Shown here one piece after another: positions 8,761 through 20,000 of a stretch of DNA of 64,000 nt. The translations under genes were made by a program, and so were the position numbers. How positions within the stretch are numbered: the first letter of the stretch is position 1; the number at the start of each line of letters is the position of its first letter. The DNA comes from an uncultured bacterium (lineage in GTDB: Bacteria > Zhuqueibacterota > QNDG01 > DTFT01): NCBI GenBank assembly GCA_963736115.1, contig CAVTNR010000003.1, forward strand, positions 1 through 64,000. The letters are read 5' to 3'. The notes under the pieces were generated by a model. The model searched no databases. It was not told where the DNA came from and was given only the letters and a program-made list of their open reading frames with translations.

Positions 8761-11700
8761 TCAGCGTTTTTCCTTGGCCAGTTGTTCGAAATAATCCCGT
8801 ATCCAGGAACGGTATTCGGGGGTGAATCCCTCCTCGGACATTTCCTCAAGCCGCCGCATGAGCAGAAGCTGTGAATCGGAAGGACGGCTCTGGCCGGTTT
8901 CCGGACCGGACCGGATCACGTTTGTTCCTGATCGGGCCTTTCTTCCGCGGCCTTCGTCCTGTTCCCGGAGCGACCGCTGGCTCTCCAGCATACGGGACAG
9001 GATTCTTCTCTGCCTGTCCTGGGTCCCGGAATCCGCGGCGCCGCGGATCAGGTCGTCCACTGTCCGTTTCATGTCTTCGAGAATGCCAGCCATGTCCGCC
9101 GGCCGCCGGCCGCGGCCTTCGAATTGCCGGCCGAGATTTTCAAGCCGCCGCCGAAGCGCGTCCTGCTCAGCGGCGAGCCTGGGCATGCCGGCCCGAGCCT
9201 CCAGAGACAGCTCTCCTCCCAAACCCGACCTGAGCAAATCCGCCAGTTTCTGGTTAAGCGCGAGCTGGGAAGCGCTCATCCCGCCCATCTGATCGAAGAA
9301 CTGTTCCATCCCGGCCCCGGATCCTGAGGCGCGGATCTGCTCTGCCGCGGACTGGATTTCCATGACAGCCCGGTTCAGATCACCCATGGCCCTGGCCTGG
9401 CCGGCCGCGGCTCCGCTTCCATCCCGGTTTTCCATGCGGCGGAGGCTCTGCTGCATCCCGGACATCGCGTCGCGGAGCGCCTCCGCGATCCGGGGCGTCA
9501 CCGAGAAGCTCTGTTTCGACATACGGAAAAGAGAATCCGTTTCCGCCTCCAGCCCCGCTTTCAACGCCTCTTGTCTTTCCGCCGCATCGGATCCGGTCCG
9601 GGTGCCTGCCGCTGTTTCCGACATCAGCGATTCCTGTCTTTCGGAAAGCTCCAGAAGCCGGCCGGAACTTCGGGCCAGCGCCTCGAGGGTCCCGGTTTTA
9701 TTCTCCAGCATGTCCCTCACCCGTTCCAGCTTCTCCTTCATCGCGTCGAGGGAGCGGGCCGTTTCCTGTCCCATCCGGCCGGCTTCGGACAGATCCCCGG
9801 CCCTGAGCTCCGTGCTCATGGATCCGAATTGACCGGGGAAATCCCGGTTTTTCCACTCCGACAGAAAATCGCCGAAAGCCGAATCCGGAAACTCGGGATG
9901 TTCCGCTCCCGAATCGGACAACGTGTCCGCATCCTGTCCAAGGGCTTCGGATTCGCGTTTCAGTTTTTCCTCTTCCCGGATCGCGGCGTCGCGTCCGGAC
10001 GGGTCCCCGGCCCTGAGCGTGTCGTTTAATTTTTCCTGGCGCCTGGCCATGTCGTCCATACGGCGGATCAAACCTTCTACCTGCATCTGCGTCTTCATGC
10101 GGCGCATGAGACTGATCGTGCGGTCGAGCGCCTTCAGGACATCCTCCTGTGAGATCTGAAAGCGTTCCGCCTCACGTCTCAGCGTTTCGGGATCGGCCTG
10201 TTTCAGCGCTTCACTGAGACGCGCCAGATTCTCGCGCAGTTCCGGAGAATCGATTTCCCCGTACAGGCGCTGGAGCTCCCGCACTTTTTCCAAAGCTTCG
10301 AATCCCATCCGTTCATCGGATTCAACGGCCGCCTCAAGAGATTCGAGCCGTTCCCGCAGTTCGCGGATTTCCTCCTCCTGCCGCAACTGCCGGTCGACAC
10401 CCTGGCTGAGGTTTTCCTTTCGGCTCCACGTCGGGTTCTGTCCGGTTTTCATCAGATCCGACAGGGCCCGGATCTCCTCTTCAAAGGCCCGCCTGTCCTC
10501 GGCGATGCTCTCCACGGCGTTCAGTTGAAAATCCTGCTCCTGCTCCGTCTTCCGGATGATCTCCATCACGGACGGGAAACGGATCGCATACAGAGGGCTT
10601 CTTCCCCTTTTCGGTCCTGAAACCGCGTCATTGTCCCGGACTTCAAAGAAATAGCGGACCCGGTCCTCGGGAAACATCTGAAGCGATTCCAGATTCCAGG
10701 AGTAATCAAGCGAGAGCCGGACCTGCGGCCGGCCGGGAACCGGCAGGTCGATGAAAGCCGTGTCCGGTGCGGCCGCATCCGGCCTGTCCGGCGTTTCGAT
10801 GAAATATCCGATTCTGCCTTCCGTAACGCCGTAATCGTCGGTCCCCTCCAAAGCAAGCAACTGGCGGCCGGACGCGTCCATCTCCGCGGAAGGCCCCGGG
10901 AACAGGACCGCGGCTTCCGGCGGCCGGTCAGCCAGAACCCGTAGGGTGTACCGCACCGGATGCGTATTGCCCAGACCCAGAGAATCCTCCAGCTCGATCC
11001 AGTAGCGGTCTTCGGCCGTCAGGGTGAAGCGGCCGGAAGCCGCGTCTCCGGAGCAATCCATCGGAAACCGTTTCCCGGTTTCGAAAACAAGAGCCGCCCG
11101 GAGTATCGGTTTGCTGGATTTCAGGGCCACGGCGACGTTGGATGACCGGAGCGCCTCCACGTGTCCCACGTTTTTTTCGAGCGTGACCGGGCCTGCGCCT
11201 GTGTAACGGGGGGGCGTCACCCTGACTTCAAGACTCTTCAGTTCGGGCCGTCTGAGCAGACGCACTTCGTACCAGTCGCTCCGGAAGCCGGACAGTCTGA
11301 ATGCGTAATCGAATTCCGCGGTCACGGCCGGAATCCGGTACCTGAACGGCCGGTTCAGATCCACGAACCGCTCGTTCCGGCTGTCGCGGATCACGAGCCG
11401 GACGCGGCCGGCTGGAAGCGCGCGACCCTCCACGGAAAGGACCAGCGCTTCGCCCTCCACGATGCGAACCGAGCCCGGACGGATAACCGCGCCGAAAGGC
11501 AGGGGTTTCACATAACGCGTAGCCGGATGCATGAGCCTGCGCCGGGCGTCCGACAGGTCCAGCGGAAACAGAACGAAAACGGCCAGGCATACAGCGGCGG
11601 CCACGACCGGAAACCGCAGATTGCGCCCGGCCGATACCGCCCCGGATGCTGCCGTGAAATCAAGATCCTCGACCGCCCTCCAGGCCGCGCCAGCCGCCAC

Positions 11701-12111
11701 TCCGGCAAGTTCGGGAGAAGTGCCGTCCGCCGGATCGGCCGCCGCCCTCGCCACCTGCAAAGCGTTGAGCAGTCTGTCTCTGATCTCCGGAAAAAATGCC
11801 CCGACTCTAACGGCGAGGCGGTCATCGGACGGATCCTGATGGCTGAAAATTAGCGAGAAGAGCGGCCGGAGGATGAGGAGAAACACCGCGGTCAGGAAGA
11901 CGGCTCCGGCTGAAATCCACAGCGGAATTTTCCATGCCGGAGACATCCAGAGAATCATTTCCAGGCACAGAAAAAGAATCCCCCCCGCAAGCAGCGCCCC
12001 CGCGGTCCGGCAAATGCCCTCCCAAAGGACCTTCCGCTTGATCGTCTGTCTCAGGCCGTGCAGGCGCCGGGTGATCCTGCCGAATGCTGGTATTTCCGTT
12101 GGACTTTCCAT
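8761..12111 (-). CDS. DUF4175-like membrane-anchored protein with Ig-like domains and a long coiled coil
   Basis: Three N-terminal TMs, RLLNALQ, VTPPRYTG, DRPPEA, DDYGV, YFFEVRDNDAVSGPK, a Q/E-rich coiled coil, RQRRILSRMLE and a C-terminal YRSWIRDYF. Confidence 0.8.
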   Translation of the reverse strand: MESPTEIPAFGRITRRLHGLRQTIKRKVLWEGICRTAGALLAGGILFLCLEMILWMSPAWKIPLWISAGAVFLTAVFLLILRPLFSLIFSHQDPSDDRLAVRVGAFFPEIRDRLLNALQVARAAADPADGTSPELAGVAAGAAWRAVEDLDFTAASGAVSAGRNLRFPVVAAAVCLAVFVLFPLDLSDARRRLMHPATRYVKPLPFGAVIRPGSVRIVEGEALVLSVEGRALPAGRVRLVIRDSRNERFVDLNRPFRYRIPAVTAEFDYAFRLSGFRSDWYEVRLLRRPELKSLEVRVTPPRYTGAGPVTLEKNVGHVEALRSSNVAVALKSSKPILRAALVFETGKRFPMDCSGDAASGRFTLTAEDRYWIELEDSLGLGNTHPVRYTLRVLADRPPEAAVLFPGPSAEMDASGRQLLALEGTDDYGVTEGRIGYFIETPDRPDAAAPDTAFIDLPVPGRPQVRLSLDYSWNLESLQMFPEDRVRYFFEVRDNDAVSGPKRGRSPLYAIRFPSVMEIIRKTEQEQDFQLNAVESIAEDRRAFEEEIRALSDLMKTGQNPTWSRKENLSQGVDRQLRQEEEIRELRERLESLEAAVESDERMGFEALEKVRELQRLYGEIDSPELRENLARLSEALKQADPETLRREAERFQISQEDVLKALDRTISLMRRMKTQMQVEGLIRRMDDMARRQEKLNDTLRAGDPSGRDAAIREEEKLKRESEALGQDADTLSDSGAEHPEFPDSAFGDFLSEWKNRDFPGQFGSMSTELRAGDLSEAGRMGQETARSLDAMKEKLERVRDMLENKTGTLEALARSSGRLLELSERQESLMSETAAGTRTGSDAAERQEALKAGLEAETDSLFRMSKQSFSVTPRIAEALRDAMSGMQQSLRRMENRDGSGAAAGQARAMGDLNRAVMEIQSAAEQIRASGSGAGMEQFFDQMGGMSASQLALNQKLADLLRSGLGGELSLEARAGMPRLAAEQDALRRRLENLGRQFEGRGRRPADMAGILEDMKRTVDDLIRGAADSGTQDRQRRILSRMLESQRSLREQDEGRGRKARSGTNVIRSGPETGQSRPSDSQLLLMRRLEEMSEEGFTPEYRSWIRDYFEQLAKEKR

Positions 12112-12120
12112 GTCTGCCGA

Positions 12121-12280
12121 TTTGAAGCTCCCCGCGGCGAGGCCGGGGAATCTTCTGTCTGTATTGAAGAAAATATGTTATATTCGCCCGCTTACCCCGC
12201 CGCTTGTCTTCAACAAGAAGATATATAATACCTTGGTCCCGCGCAGCGGGCGGCGTGGTAAGCGAGCGATCAGATTCAGC
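12121..12280 (+). repeat. Hairpin element X, copy 1, with a Y1 mini-element inserted in its second hairpin
   Basis: tttgaagctccccgcggc..ggggaatcttct.tctgta..gaaga..ttatattcg..cgcttaccccgccgc..gcggcg.ggtaagcga..cagattcagc aligns end to end with 51788-51953. Confidence 0.85.
12206..12250 (-). mobile_element. Y1 mini-element (about 45 bp), putative non-autonomous insert
   Basis: Reads cccgctgcgcgggaccaa-(AT-rich)-ttgaagac and interrupts a palindrome that is intact in the 51903-51940 copy. Confidence 0.6.
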
Positions 12281-12989
12281 GCGTCAGCGCCCAGATGACG
12301 ATGTTCGCGCCCATTTTCAGGGCTTCCTCCCGCTTTTCTTCCGGGTCATGGTGAACGCCGGGATCCGCCCACCCGTCCGACAGATTGGATTCGAAAGCAT
12401 AAAAGACCATCAGCCGGCCGCGGTCATCGAAAATGCCCAGCCCACTCGGCGGCTGATTGTCATGTTCGTGGATTTTCGGAAGACCGTCCGAAAAGGGAAA
12501 ATGAACTTGATAAATCCCGTGCGAGAACGGCAGTTCCGCGAGATCCCGGTCCGGGAAAACGGCCTTCATGGCCTGCCTGAAAGACGCGTCCATTCCGTAA
12601 TCGTCGTCCACGAACAGAAATCCCCCGCGCAGCAGATAGGTGCGGAGCCGGGCCGCTTCTTCGGGGCTGAACACGATTTGTCCGTGGCCGGTGATGAACA
12701 GAATCGGATAGGAAAACAGGTCCTCGTCCAGAAGCGTGACATCCACCCGTTCGTCCGGCATGTCCAGGGTCGTCTTCTCGCGGATGAAACGGCAGAGATT
12801 GGGGATGGAGGAGGGATCATTGTACCAGTCCCCTCCGCCCCGGTAATGGACGCGGGCCATGACCGGATGAAGGATCCGGCCTGCCGGAACCGGCCCATCA
12901 TCCGTCTGCCCCGAAAACAGGCTGAGGGGGAATGCCGTGAAAACAGCGGCCCAAACAGCGGCCGCGCATGTCCGCGTAAAGTGTCTCAT
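12276..12989 (-). CDS. DUF4159 domain exported protein
   Basis: Motifs YRGGGDWYND, YPILFITGHG, LRTYLLRGGFLFVDDDYG, LPKIHEHD, DLSDGW-like and ALKMGANI. Confidence 0.88.
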   Translation of the reverse strand: MRHFTRTCAAAVWAAVFTAFPLSLFSGQTDDGPVPAGRILHPVMARVHYRGGGDWYNDPSSIPNLCRFIREKTTLDMPDERVDVTLLDEDLFSYPILFITGHGQIVFSPEEAARLRTYLLRGGFLFVDDDYGMDASFRQAMKAVFPDRDLAELPFSHGIYQVHFPFSDGLPKIHEHDNQPPSGLGIFDDRGRLMVFYAFESNLSDGWADPGVHHDPEEKREEALKMGANIVIWALTR

Positions 12990-13002
12990 GGCCTTGAAAA
13001 TG

Positions 13003-13031
13003 AAAAAAAGCCCCTCGGAAGAAGCAGGGGC
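13003..13031 (-). terminator. Putative intrinsic terminator after surA
   Basis: Minus strand gcccct..aggggc hairpin followed by T7. Confidence 0.55.
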
Positions 13032-13056
13032 CGGGTTTCGTATGGATGCGATCGGT

Positions 13057-14358
13057 TCATATCAGGTCTTCGTTCACCCGGATATACATGGTTTTCTTCA
13101 ACTGATCGATCCATTGTTTCTTCATTTTCTGCATTTTGAATTCAAGCGCGCGCGCCCTGAACTGTTCGTAATCATCGGTCAGGCTGTATTTCTGCTTCTC
13201 CCTGCGCGCCTCCATTTTCACAACGTGAAAGCCGAACTGCGTCTCGAACGGCATGCTGATCTCGCCGACTTCAAGAGTGTCCGCCGCGATCCGGAATTCG
13301 TCGATCTGCACGTCCTCCAGGGAGAACCACCCGAGATCCCCTCCCTGCGCCCGGGTGCTGGAATCGTCCGAACATTCCCTGGCGAGAGCGCTGAAGTCCT
13401 CTCCCTTCATGGCCCTTTCCCGGACCGCCTCTATCCTCTGCAGGACGATTTCATCGTCCGACCCGCTTTTCTCGATGCGGATCAGAATGTGCCGGCAATG
13501 AATCTGGTCGCCGCGCTTTTCCACGGCCTGGATCAGGTGAAACCCCACCGGCGTTTCCACCACGTCCGAGACCTGCCCCGGGCTCAGCTGAAAAGCCGCT
13601 TCTTCAAAAGCCGGGAACAGGGTGCCGCGGTCCACAAAACCGAGGTCGCCGCCCCGGCTCGCGGTGCCCGGATCTTCGGAGGCCTCCCGGGCGAGAGCTT
13701 CGAACGCCTCGCCCTTCCGGATGCGGTCCCGGATCTGCCGCATCTTTTCCAGAGACTTCACGCGGCTTGCTTCTCCCGGATGGATCCGGATCAGGATCTG
13801 GCTCAGCCGAACCGTCGGCTTTTTCTCGGGCAGGCTGTCCCGGATGGATTCATAGAACGTTTCAACCTCACGCCTGGAAACCTGCAGACCCCTGAATTTG
13901 GTATTCTGCAGTTCTCGGACAACCATCATGTTTTTCACTTCTTCGCGATGATCGCGCTTGATCTTCTTGATCGGCGCCCCGAACTGGGCTTCCACCTTCG
14001 CCTCGGATCCCATCTGCTGGACCAGTGACCGGATCCGGTTTTCGAGCTCCGCATCCACCTTGGCATCATCGACGATCACGGTGTCTTCCTTGGCCTTGGC
14101 CATCATCACGCGGTCGTCGATGAGGTTCTGCAGGATGTCGCGTTTCAGCGTCCGGTATTCAGCCGGATGATCGGCGGGCCGCAGGCCCGTCTGAAGCGCG
14201 TAATACTGCGCCATCTGTTCCAATTCCGATTTCTGGACGATTTCGTCTCCGACCACAGCCGCCACGCCGTCCAGGATTTCCTGTCCGGTCGATGCGGCCG
14301 AAGCCGCCAGAAAGAACGCCGCCCATACGGCGGCGCTCCGCTTATTCCATTTTTTCAC
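13057..14358 (-). CDS. surA: SurA-like periplasmic chaperone with two PpiC rotamase domains
   Basis: Signal peptide, LDGVAAVVGDEIV (SurA N domain), two parvulin domains (SEDPGTASRGGDLG, SDDSSTRAQGGDLG, ETQFGFH). The GTG start at 14358 is chosen over the longer ORF. Confidence 0.85.
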   Translation of the reverse strand: MKKWNKRSAAVWAAFFLAASAASTGQEILDGVAAVVGDEIVQKSELEQMAQYYALQTGLRPADHPAEYRTLKRDILQNLIDDRVMMAKAKEDTVIVDDAKVDAELENRIRSLVQQMGSEAKVEAQFGAPIKKIKRDHREEVKNMMVVRELQNTKFRGLQVSRREVETFYESIRDSLPEKKPTVRLSQILIRIHPGEASRVKSLEKMRQIRDRIRKGEAFEALAREASEDPGTASRGGDLGFVDRGTLFPAFEEAAFQLSPGQVSDVVETPVGFHLIQAVEKRGDQIHCRHILIRIEKSGSDDEIVLQRIEAVRERAMKGEDFSALARECSDDSSTRAQGGDLGWFSLEDVQIDEFRIAADTLEVGEISMPFETQFGFHVVKMEARREKQKYSLTDDYEQFRARALEFKMQKMKKQWIDQLKKTMYIRVNEDLI

Positions 14359-14454
14359 CCGCGCGCTCCAGGATGCCTTGCCCCGGGTCCCTCGATCCGA
14401 AGGCACGGCGTTAAGGTTTGTGCTGTTTCTCCCCGCCGCTCCGGGCGGGCCGCT

Positions 14455-15306
14455 TCATTCCGCTCCAGCCGCGGGAGCGGACGGACGGATGCTGACCTTC
14501 CGGCTGCTCTTCAACTGATACAGCAAATCGTAATAGACTTTGCGCTCCTTTTCGACCCGGAGTCTCTGCATGACCTCGCTGCGGACTTCAGCCAGATCCC
14601 GTGTTTCGCCCTTGGCGTGTCTGCCGACCAGCTTGACCAGGTGAAACCCCTGGCTGCTCCTGACCACCGGCGAGAGACCGCCTTCGGCCAGGGCAAAGGC
14701 GGCGCGGGAGAGTTCCGGCACTGCGTCACCCCTCCCGATGAATCCGACATCTCCGCCTTTCTCGCGATACGAATCCACGGATCGCTCACGGGCCGTCTCT
14801 TCAAAGGATTTACCGGCCCGTATCTGCTGAAGCGCGGCTTCGGCATCCGCCTGCGTCCGGGTCAGAATATGCAGAAAACGGACTTCATCCTCTTCCACCG
14901 TGAAAAGGGATTTGTTTTTTTCATAAAAACCGGCCGCTTCGTCGTCCGTGATGCGGACCTTCTCCGAGAAAGCCTTCTCGATCAACTTGTTGATCAACAG
15001 CTGATTCTCGATCTGCTCGAGCTCCCATTTCAGGTCCCCGTCCCCGGCCAGTCCCTGCCGCCGGGCTTCCTGCGCGAGCAGTTCCTCGTTGACCCACGTG
15101 TCTATGAATTCCGTCTCCTGAGACTGCGGCAGACCCTGTTTCGCCATCCGGCTTCGGAGCGTTTCAAAAGTCAACTCGGCTTTCCCGACTCTGGCGGCGA
15201 CCTGACGCTCGCCGCTCCGGTTCCGGCAGCCGGCCGTCCAGAGACAGGCCGATGCCAGTCCCGCGCACAGGGCGGCCCGCAGGGCGCGGCCGGTTTTACT
15301 GCGCAT
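14455..15306 (-). CDS. PpiC-type peptidyl-prolyl isomerase lipoprotein
   Basis: Lipobox WTAGC, VAARVG, WVNEELLAQEA, HIL, SVD..GGDVG and SSQGFHLVK. The start is uncertain (15306 or 15333). Confidence 0.85.
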   Translation of the reverse strand: MRSKTGRALRAALCAGLASACLWTAGCRNRSGERQVAARVGKAELTFETLRSRMAKQGLPQSQETEFIDTWVNEELLAQEARRQGLAGDGDLKWELEQIENQLLINKLIEKAFSEKVRITDDEAAGFYEKNKSLFTVEEDEVRFLHILTRTQADAEAALQQIRAGKSFEETARERSVDSYREKGGDVGFIGRGDAVPELSRAAFALAEGGLSPVVRSSQGFHLVKLVGRHAKGETRDLAEVRSEVMQRLRVEKERKVYYDLLYQLKSSRKVSIRPSAPAAGAE

Positions 15307-17026
15307 TCGCGACCTGCTGAAGGACCTTTTCATCGATGGTGATCCGGACTTTGGTTTTCTGATCATCCAGCCAGGCTTTTTCCTTATCCCTGCGGATGGA
15401 ACGGATCAGATCCTGCCGGACCCGCATCTCCGCATTTTCAAAGGGGCGGGCCTTTTTCTCGCGCTTGGAGAGCACCTTGAAAACAGAGTACTGCTGGTTC
15501 TTCAGTTCAATGGGACCTCCGGTGTCCCCGCGTTTCGCGTTCAGAAGATAGGGCGCGAGTTCGCCGTATTGACTGACCGGCTTGAGATCAAATACCCCGT
15601 TTTTCTGCTTCATGCCCGGACGCACGGTGTGCTGTTCCGGAAAACGCCTCAGATCCCACCGGCCTTCCGTCTCTCTCCGGATTCGCTCCGCCAGCGCGCG
15701 GTCATTCACCAGCACTTCCTGGATCTGGGCCTGCGGCTGTTCGCTGTAGAGACTGTCCAGGAACGCTTCGTAATGCGCCTTCACCGCGGCCGAATCCGGC
15801 TGGATGGATCCCCATATCTCACGCACATTCAGGGAATCGAGCATCAGACGTTCCATCATTTTCTTCGTTCTCTGTTTCACCTGCTCGTGTCCGGCCAGTC
15901 CGTTTCGCTCCGCGGACGCGATCAGAAGATCCGTCATCACCCAGCGGTCAATCGTATTCATCAGGGCTTCGCGGGTGCCGAAACTGACGCCGTTGATGAA
16001 ACCCTTTTCGTCGAGCCGCTGGATGATGGTTTCGGTCGTAATCGTCCGGTTCTTGTCCTTGAACCGGGCCAGCTCCTGCTTGCGGACGGATTCCGGGAGG
16101 TGGCGGAGCGAATCGCGGAGTTCCTCCCTGAAAAACTGCGGGCTGCCCTTGAAATGCGCGAGCAGGCTGTCGATGCCCGGTTCCACCCAGGTGAAGCCGC
16201 TTTTCGTTCTCAGCCGGTCCACGTACTGTTTTTCCTTCTCGCTGAGCAGAGACCGCCGTTCCCGCTCGAGCTGACCGCGGATCTGGTCTTTGGCTTTTTC
16301 GTACGGAAGCCTGTCCTTGGGCTGTATTTCCTCCACTTTGAGGATATGGAATCCGGATTTGTTCCGGACGGGCTCTGAAACCGCTCCGGCTTTCATCGAG
16401 AACACGGCATTGAGCACGGGATCATCGCTCCGCGTGTACTGAATGACGCCCATCAGGCCGCCGTTAAACGCGGTCTTCGGGTCTTCAGAAAACTGACGTG
16501 CCATTTCCAGATAGGATTCGCCCTTTCGGATGCGGTTATAGACATCCATGGCTTTTTGCCTCAGGCTGTCCTCCTGAGCCGGATCAGCCGGCTGGGGCAG
16601 TTTGAAGACAATGTCCCGGATGAGAATCTGTTTGGCGGTTTTGGCGTAGTAATTCCGGATGTCCTTTTCGGGAATGACGGACCCCATGATTTCGATGTCG
16701 AACATCCGCTGCAGCATCGCGCGATGGATTTCGGGTTTCATCATTTTCTGTATGGCGCTGTCCTGGTCCAGCTTGACGCGGTAGGCGGCCATCAACTTGA
16801 TCTTCTTGTCAATAAGAACGTCGAGGGCTTTCCGGGCTTTTTCCGGGGCGGGCTGATCGGCCCTGCTGAACATGCTGGTCCGGTTCACCTCATTGTTGAG
16901 TTCAGAGAGCGTGACCTTTTCACGATTTCCGATCCGCGCCACGACCGGATCCTTATTGTCGCATCCGGAGAAAACCAGAACAACGAAAAACGATGCCAAT
17001 ACAGCCAGTTTGGTGACCGACTTCAT
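15296..17026 (-). CDS. PpiC-type peptidyl-prolyl isomerase lipoprotein (two rotamase-like domains)
   Basis: RBS ggagg, lipobox FSGC, ARQFSEDPKTAFNGGLMG and GFHILKV. Confidence 0.85.
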   Translation of the reverse strand: MKSVTKLAVLASFFVVLVFSGCDNKDPVVARIGNREKVTLSELNNEVNRTSMFSRADQPAPEKARKALDVLIDKKIKLMAAYRVKLDQDSAIQKMMKPEIHRAMLQRMFDIEIMGSVIPEKDIRNYYAKTAKQILIRDIVFKLPQPADPAQEDSLRQKAMDVYNRIRKGESYLEMARQFSEDPKTAFNGGLMGVIQYTRSDDPVLNAVFSMKAGAVSEPVRNKSGFHILKVEEIQPKDRLPYEKAKDQIRGQLERERRSLLSEKEKQYVDRLRTKSGFTWVEPGIDSLLAHFKGSPQFFREELRDSLRHLPESVRKQELARFKDKNRTITTETIIQRLDEKGFINGVSFGTREALMNTIDRWVMTDLLIASAERNGLAGHEQVKQRTKKMMERLMLDSLNVREIWGSIQPDSAAVKAHYEAFLDSLYSEQPQAQIQEVLVNDRALAERIRRETEGRWDLRRFPEQHTVRPGMKQKNGVFDLKPVSQYGELAPYLLNAKRGDTGGPIELKNQQYSVFKVLSKREKKARPFENAEMRVRQDLIRSIRRDKEKAWLDDQKTKVRITIDEKVLQQVANAQ

Positions 17027-17073
17027 ATCGCCTCCATTAGGTGCTTGTGTAACCGATTGAAAAATATACGGAA

Positions 17074-20000
17074 TCACTCCACTCTTTGCAAGATGTTTTT
17101 CGCTTCCAGGAACGGATCCAGGCCGTCCAGGGGGACCAGCATGCCGAATCCGCCTTTTTGCAGTAAGCGGACCGGTTGAGGCATGGAATCCACGATTAAA
17201 CGAATCCGTTTTGAAAATTGTTCCGGGTCCGGAAACCGGTCGGACCAGGTATCATCGAAAATCAGCCTCAGGCGGTTCTTTTCCAGTCCGACTTTCCGGA
17301 ACCCCCTGGTTGCGCCTTCCATGCGGAGCCGGCTGGACTCGAGAAGGGTCCTGGCCTCGGGCGGCAGGGGGCCGAAGCGGTCTTTCAGCTCAGTCTCGAA
17401 ATCGTCCACTTGCCGCGGTTCGCGCATGGCGGCAAGCCTGCGGTACAGGTTGACGCGCAGGCTTTCGTCGTCGACGTAAAATTCCGGAAGAAAAGCCGGT
17501 TCGTCCACATCCACCTGGCAGTCGACACCCGCGGGCTCGGCAGGTTCCTCGCCCTTCTCCTCCTTGATTTCCCGGACCGCTTCCTCCACGAGCTTCATGT
17601 AAAGATCATAGCCCAGGGCGTCCATGTTCCCGCTCTGTTCCACGCCGAGCAGGTTTCCGGCCCCGCGTATTTCCAGATCCCGCTGGGCGATCTGAAATCC
17701 GGAACCGAGTTCGGTGAATTCCTCGATAGTGCGCAGCCGCTTCACCGATTCCGGGCTCAGAAGGTCGAAAGGCGGCGTGAACAGGTAGGCATAGGCCTGG
17801 TGATCGGACCGGCCGACCCGGCCTCTCAGCTGGTACAACTGCGCGAGCCCCATCTGATCCGCACGGTTGATCAGGAGCGTGTTGACATTGGGCAGGTCCA
17901 GACCGGACTCGATGATGGTCGTGGACACGAGGCACTGGTAGCGCCCCCGGTCGAAATCAATCATCACCCGTTCCAGTTCATGCTCATCCATGCGGCCATG
18001 GGCCACGGCCACGGCCAGGCCCGGAACCAGACGCCTGACCATGTCCGCCACCGCAAAAATGGAGTGGATCCGGTTGTGGACGAAAAAGACCTGGCCGCCC
18101 CGGCTTATTTCGCGCCGGATGGCCTCCACGATGACATCCTCCGAAAAGGGAAGCACTTCGGTGATGATGGGCCGCCTGTCCTTGGGGGGCGTGTTGATCA
18201 GGGACATGTCGCGTATGCCCATGAGAGAGAAATAGAGGGTTCTCGGAATGGGCGTGGCCGAGAGCGTGAGCACGTCCACGTTCTTCCTGAGCGTTTTCAA
18301 CTTTTCCTTGTGACGGACGCCGAAACGCTGTTCCTCGTCAATGACGAGGAGTCCGAGATTCCTGAACCCCACATCCTTTGAAATCAGTCGGTGCGTGCCG
18401 ATCAGAACGTCTAGTTTCCCGGCCTTCGCTTTCTCGATGATCTGCTTCTGCTCCTTCGGGCTCCTGAATCTCGACAGCATTTCCACGGATACGGGAAACC
18501 TGCCGAGCCGCTCGCGGAAAGTCCGGAAATGCTGCTGGGCCAGAATGGTGGTCGGCACGAGAACGGCCGCCTGCTTTCCGTCCGCCACGCATTTGAAGGC
18601 CGCGCGCACCGCCACTTCCGTTTTCCCGTATCCGACGTCCCCGCAGACCAGCCTGTCCATGGGCTTGGGCTTCTCCATGTCCTGCCGCACATCCTCGATG
18701 GCCTCGGCCTGGTCGGAAGTCTCATCATAGGGGAAGCTCGCCTCGAGCTCCTTCTGCCATGTGGAATCGGGCGGAAAGGCATGCCCCGGAAGCATCTGGC
18801 GGGACGAATAGAGGGCGATCAGTTCCCGTGCCACGGCCTTGACGCTTTCTTTTGTCCGCGCCTTCAGTTTTTCCCACTGCCCGCCTCCCAGTTTGCTCAG
18901 CGCGGGGTCCATGCCCTCCCGGCCCCGGTATTTCTGCACCCGCTCCATTTTCTCCACCGGAACGTAGAGCTTATCGCCCTCCTGGTAGAGCACGGCCAGG
19001 CATTCGCGCTCCAGTTCGCGAACCCTGATCTTTTCGAGACCCAGGTACTTGCCGATGCCGTGATCGACATGGACGATGAAATCGCCGGGAAGGAGCGAGG
19101 ACAGTTCCCGGATGGGAATGCCGTCGCGGAAACGCTCCTTCTTTCTTTTCCTGAAAATCCTGCCGAAAAGATCGCTTTCGGTCAGCACATGGCCCAGGGG
19201 TTCAGGGAGGGAAAAACCGCGCTTGAGCGGCCCGATGAGAAGCCGGACGTCCGGGATCGGATCTTCCGCCAGCTGAAGCACGTCCGACAGCCTTTTCTTC
19301 TGGCTTTCGTTCTCGCATAAAATCCAGACCGGTTCGCTTTTCGCGGTGATGGACGACAGGCCCCGGCGAATATCTGCGACATGCGGACCCGGCTTGAACG
19401 GGCTCCTTCCGCCCAGATCCGCGCAATCGCCGCCGCCCGCCAGGGTGTGAAAACGGCAGATTGGAAACGGCCTGAGCTGGGACTCGAATGTTTCCGGATC
19501 CCAGATTCCCTTCCGTTCCTTCTGCCGTTCCTTCTCGATCTGCGCCATCATCCATTCCGGATCCTCGAGGAAGATCAGGCTTTTTTCGGGAAGGTATTGT
19601 AACAGGGATCCCGAGGCTTCCTTCTCGATGGAAGGCGCGGAAACGAGCACCAGTTCCCCGGCCTTCGCATTGGACAATTGGGAGGCCACATCGAATGTCC
19701 GGATGGACTCGATTCTGTCTCCGAAAAATTCAATGCGGTGAGGCGGTTCTCCGGTCAGTGGAAAAATATCGAGGATGCCTCCCCTGAGGCTGAATTCGCC
19801 GGGCGCTTCGACCATGCTTTCCCGGACATACCCGAAATCGACGAGCCGACCGACCAGGCCGGACAGGTTCCATTCCACACCGCCGGACAACCGGACCAGC
19901 GTCTGCCCCAGGGATCCGGGCTGGGGAAGCTTCTGAATGACGCCGTCTGTCGTGGTTGAGACGAACTTCAGCCTCGCCAGCAGAAGGTCCCGGAGCACTT

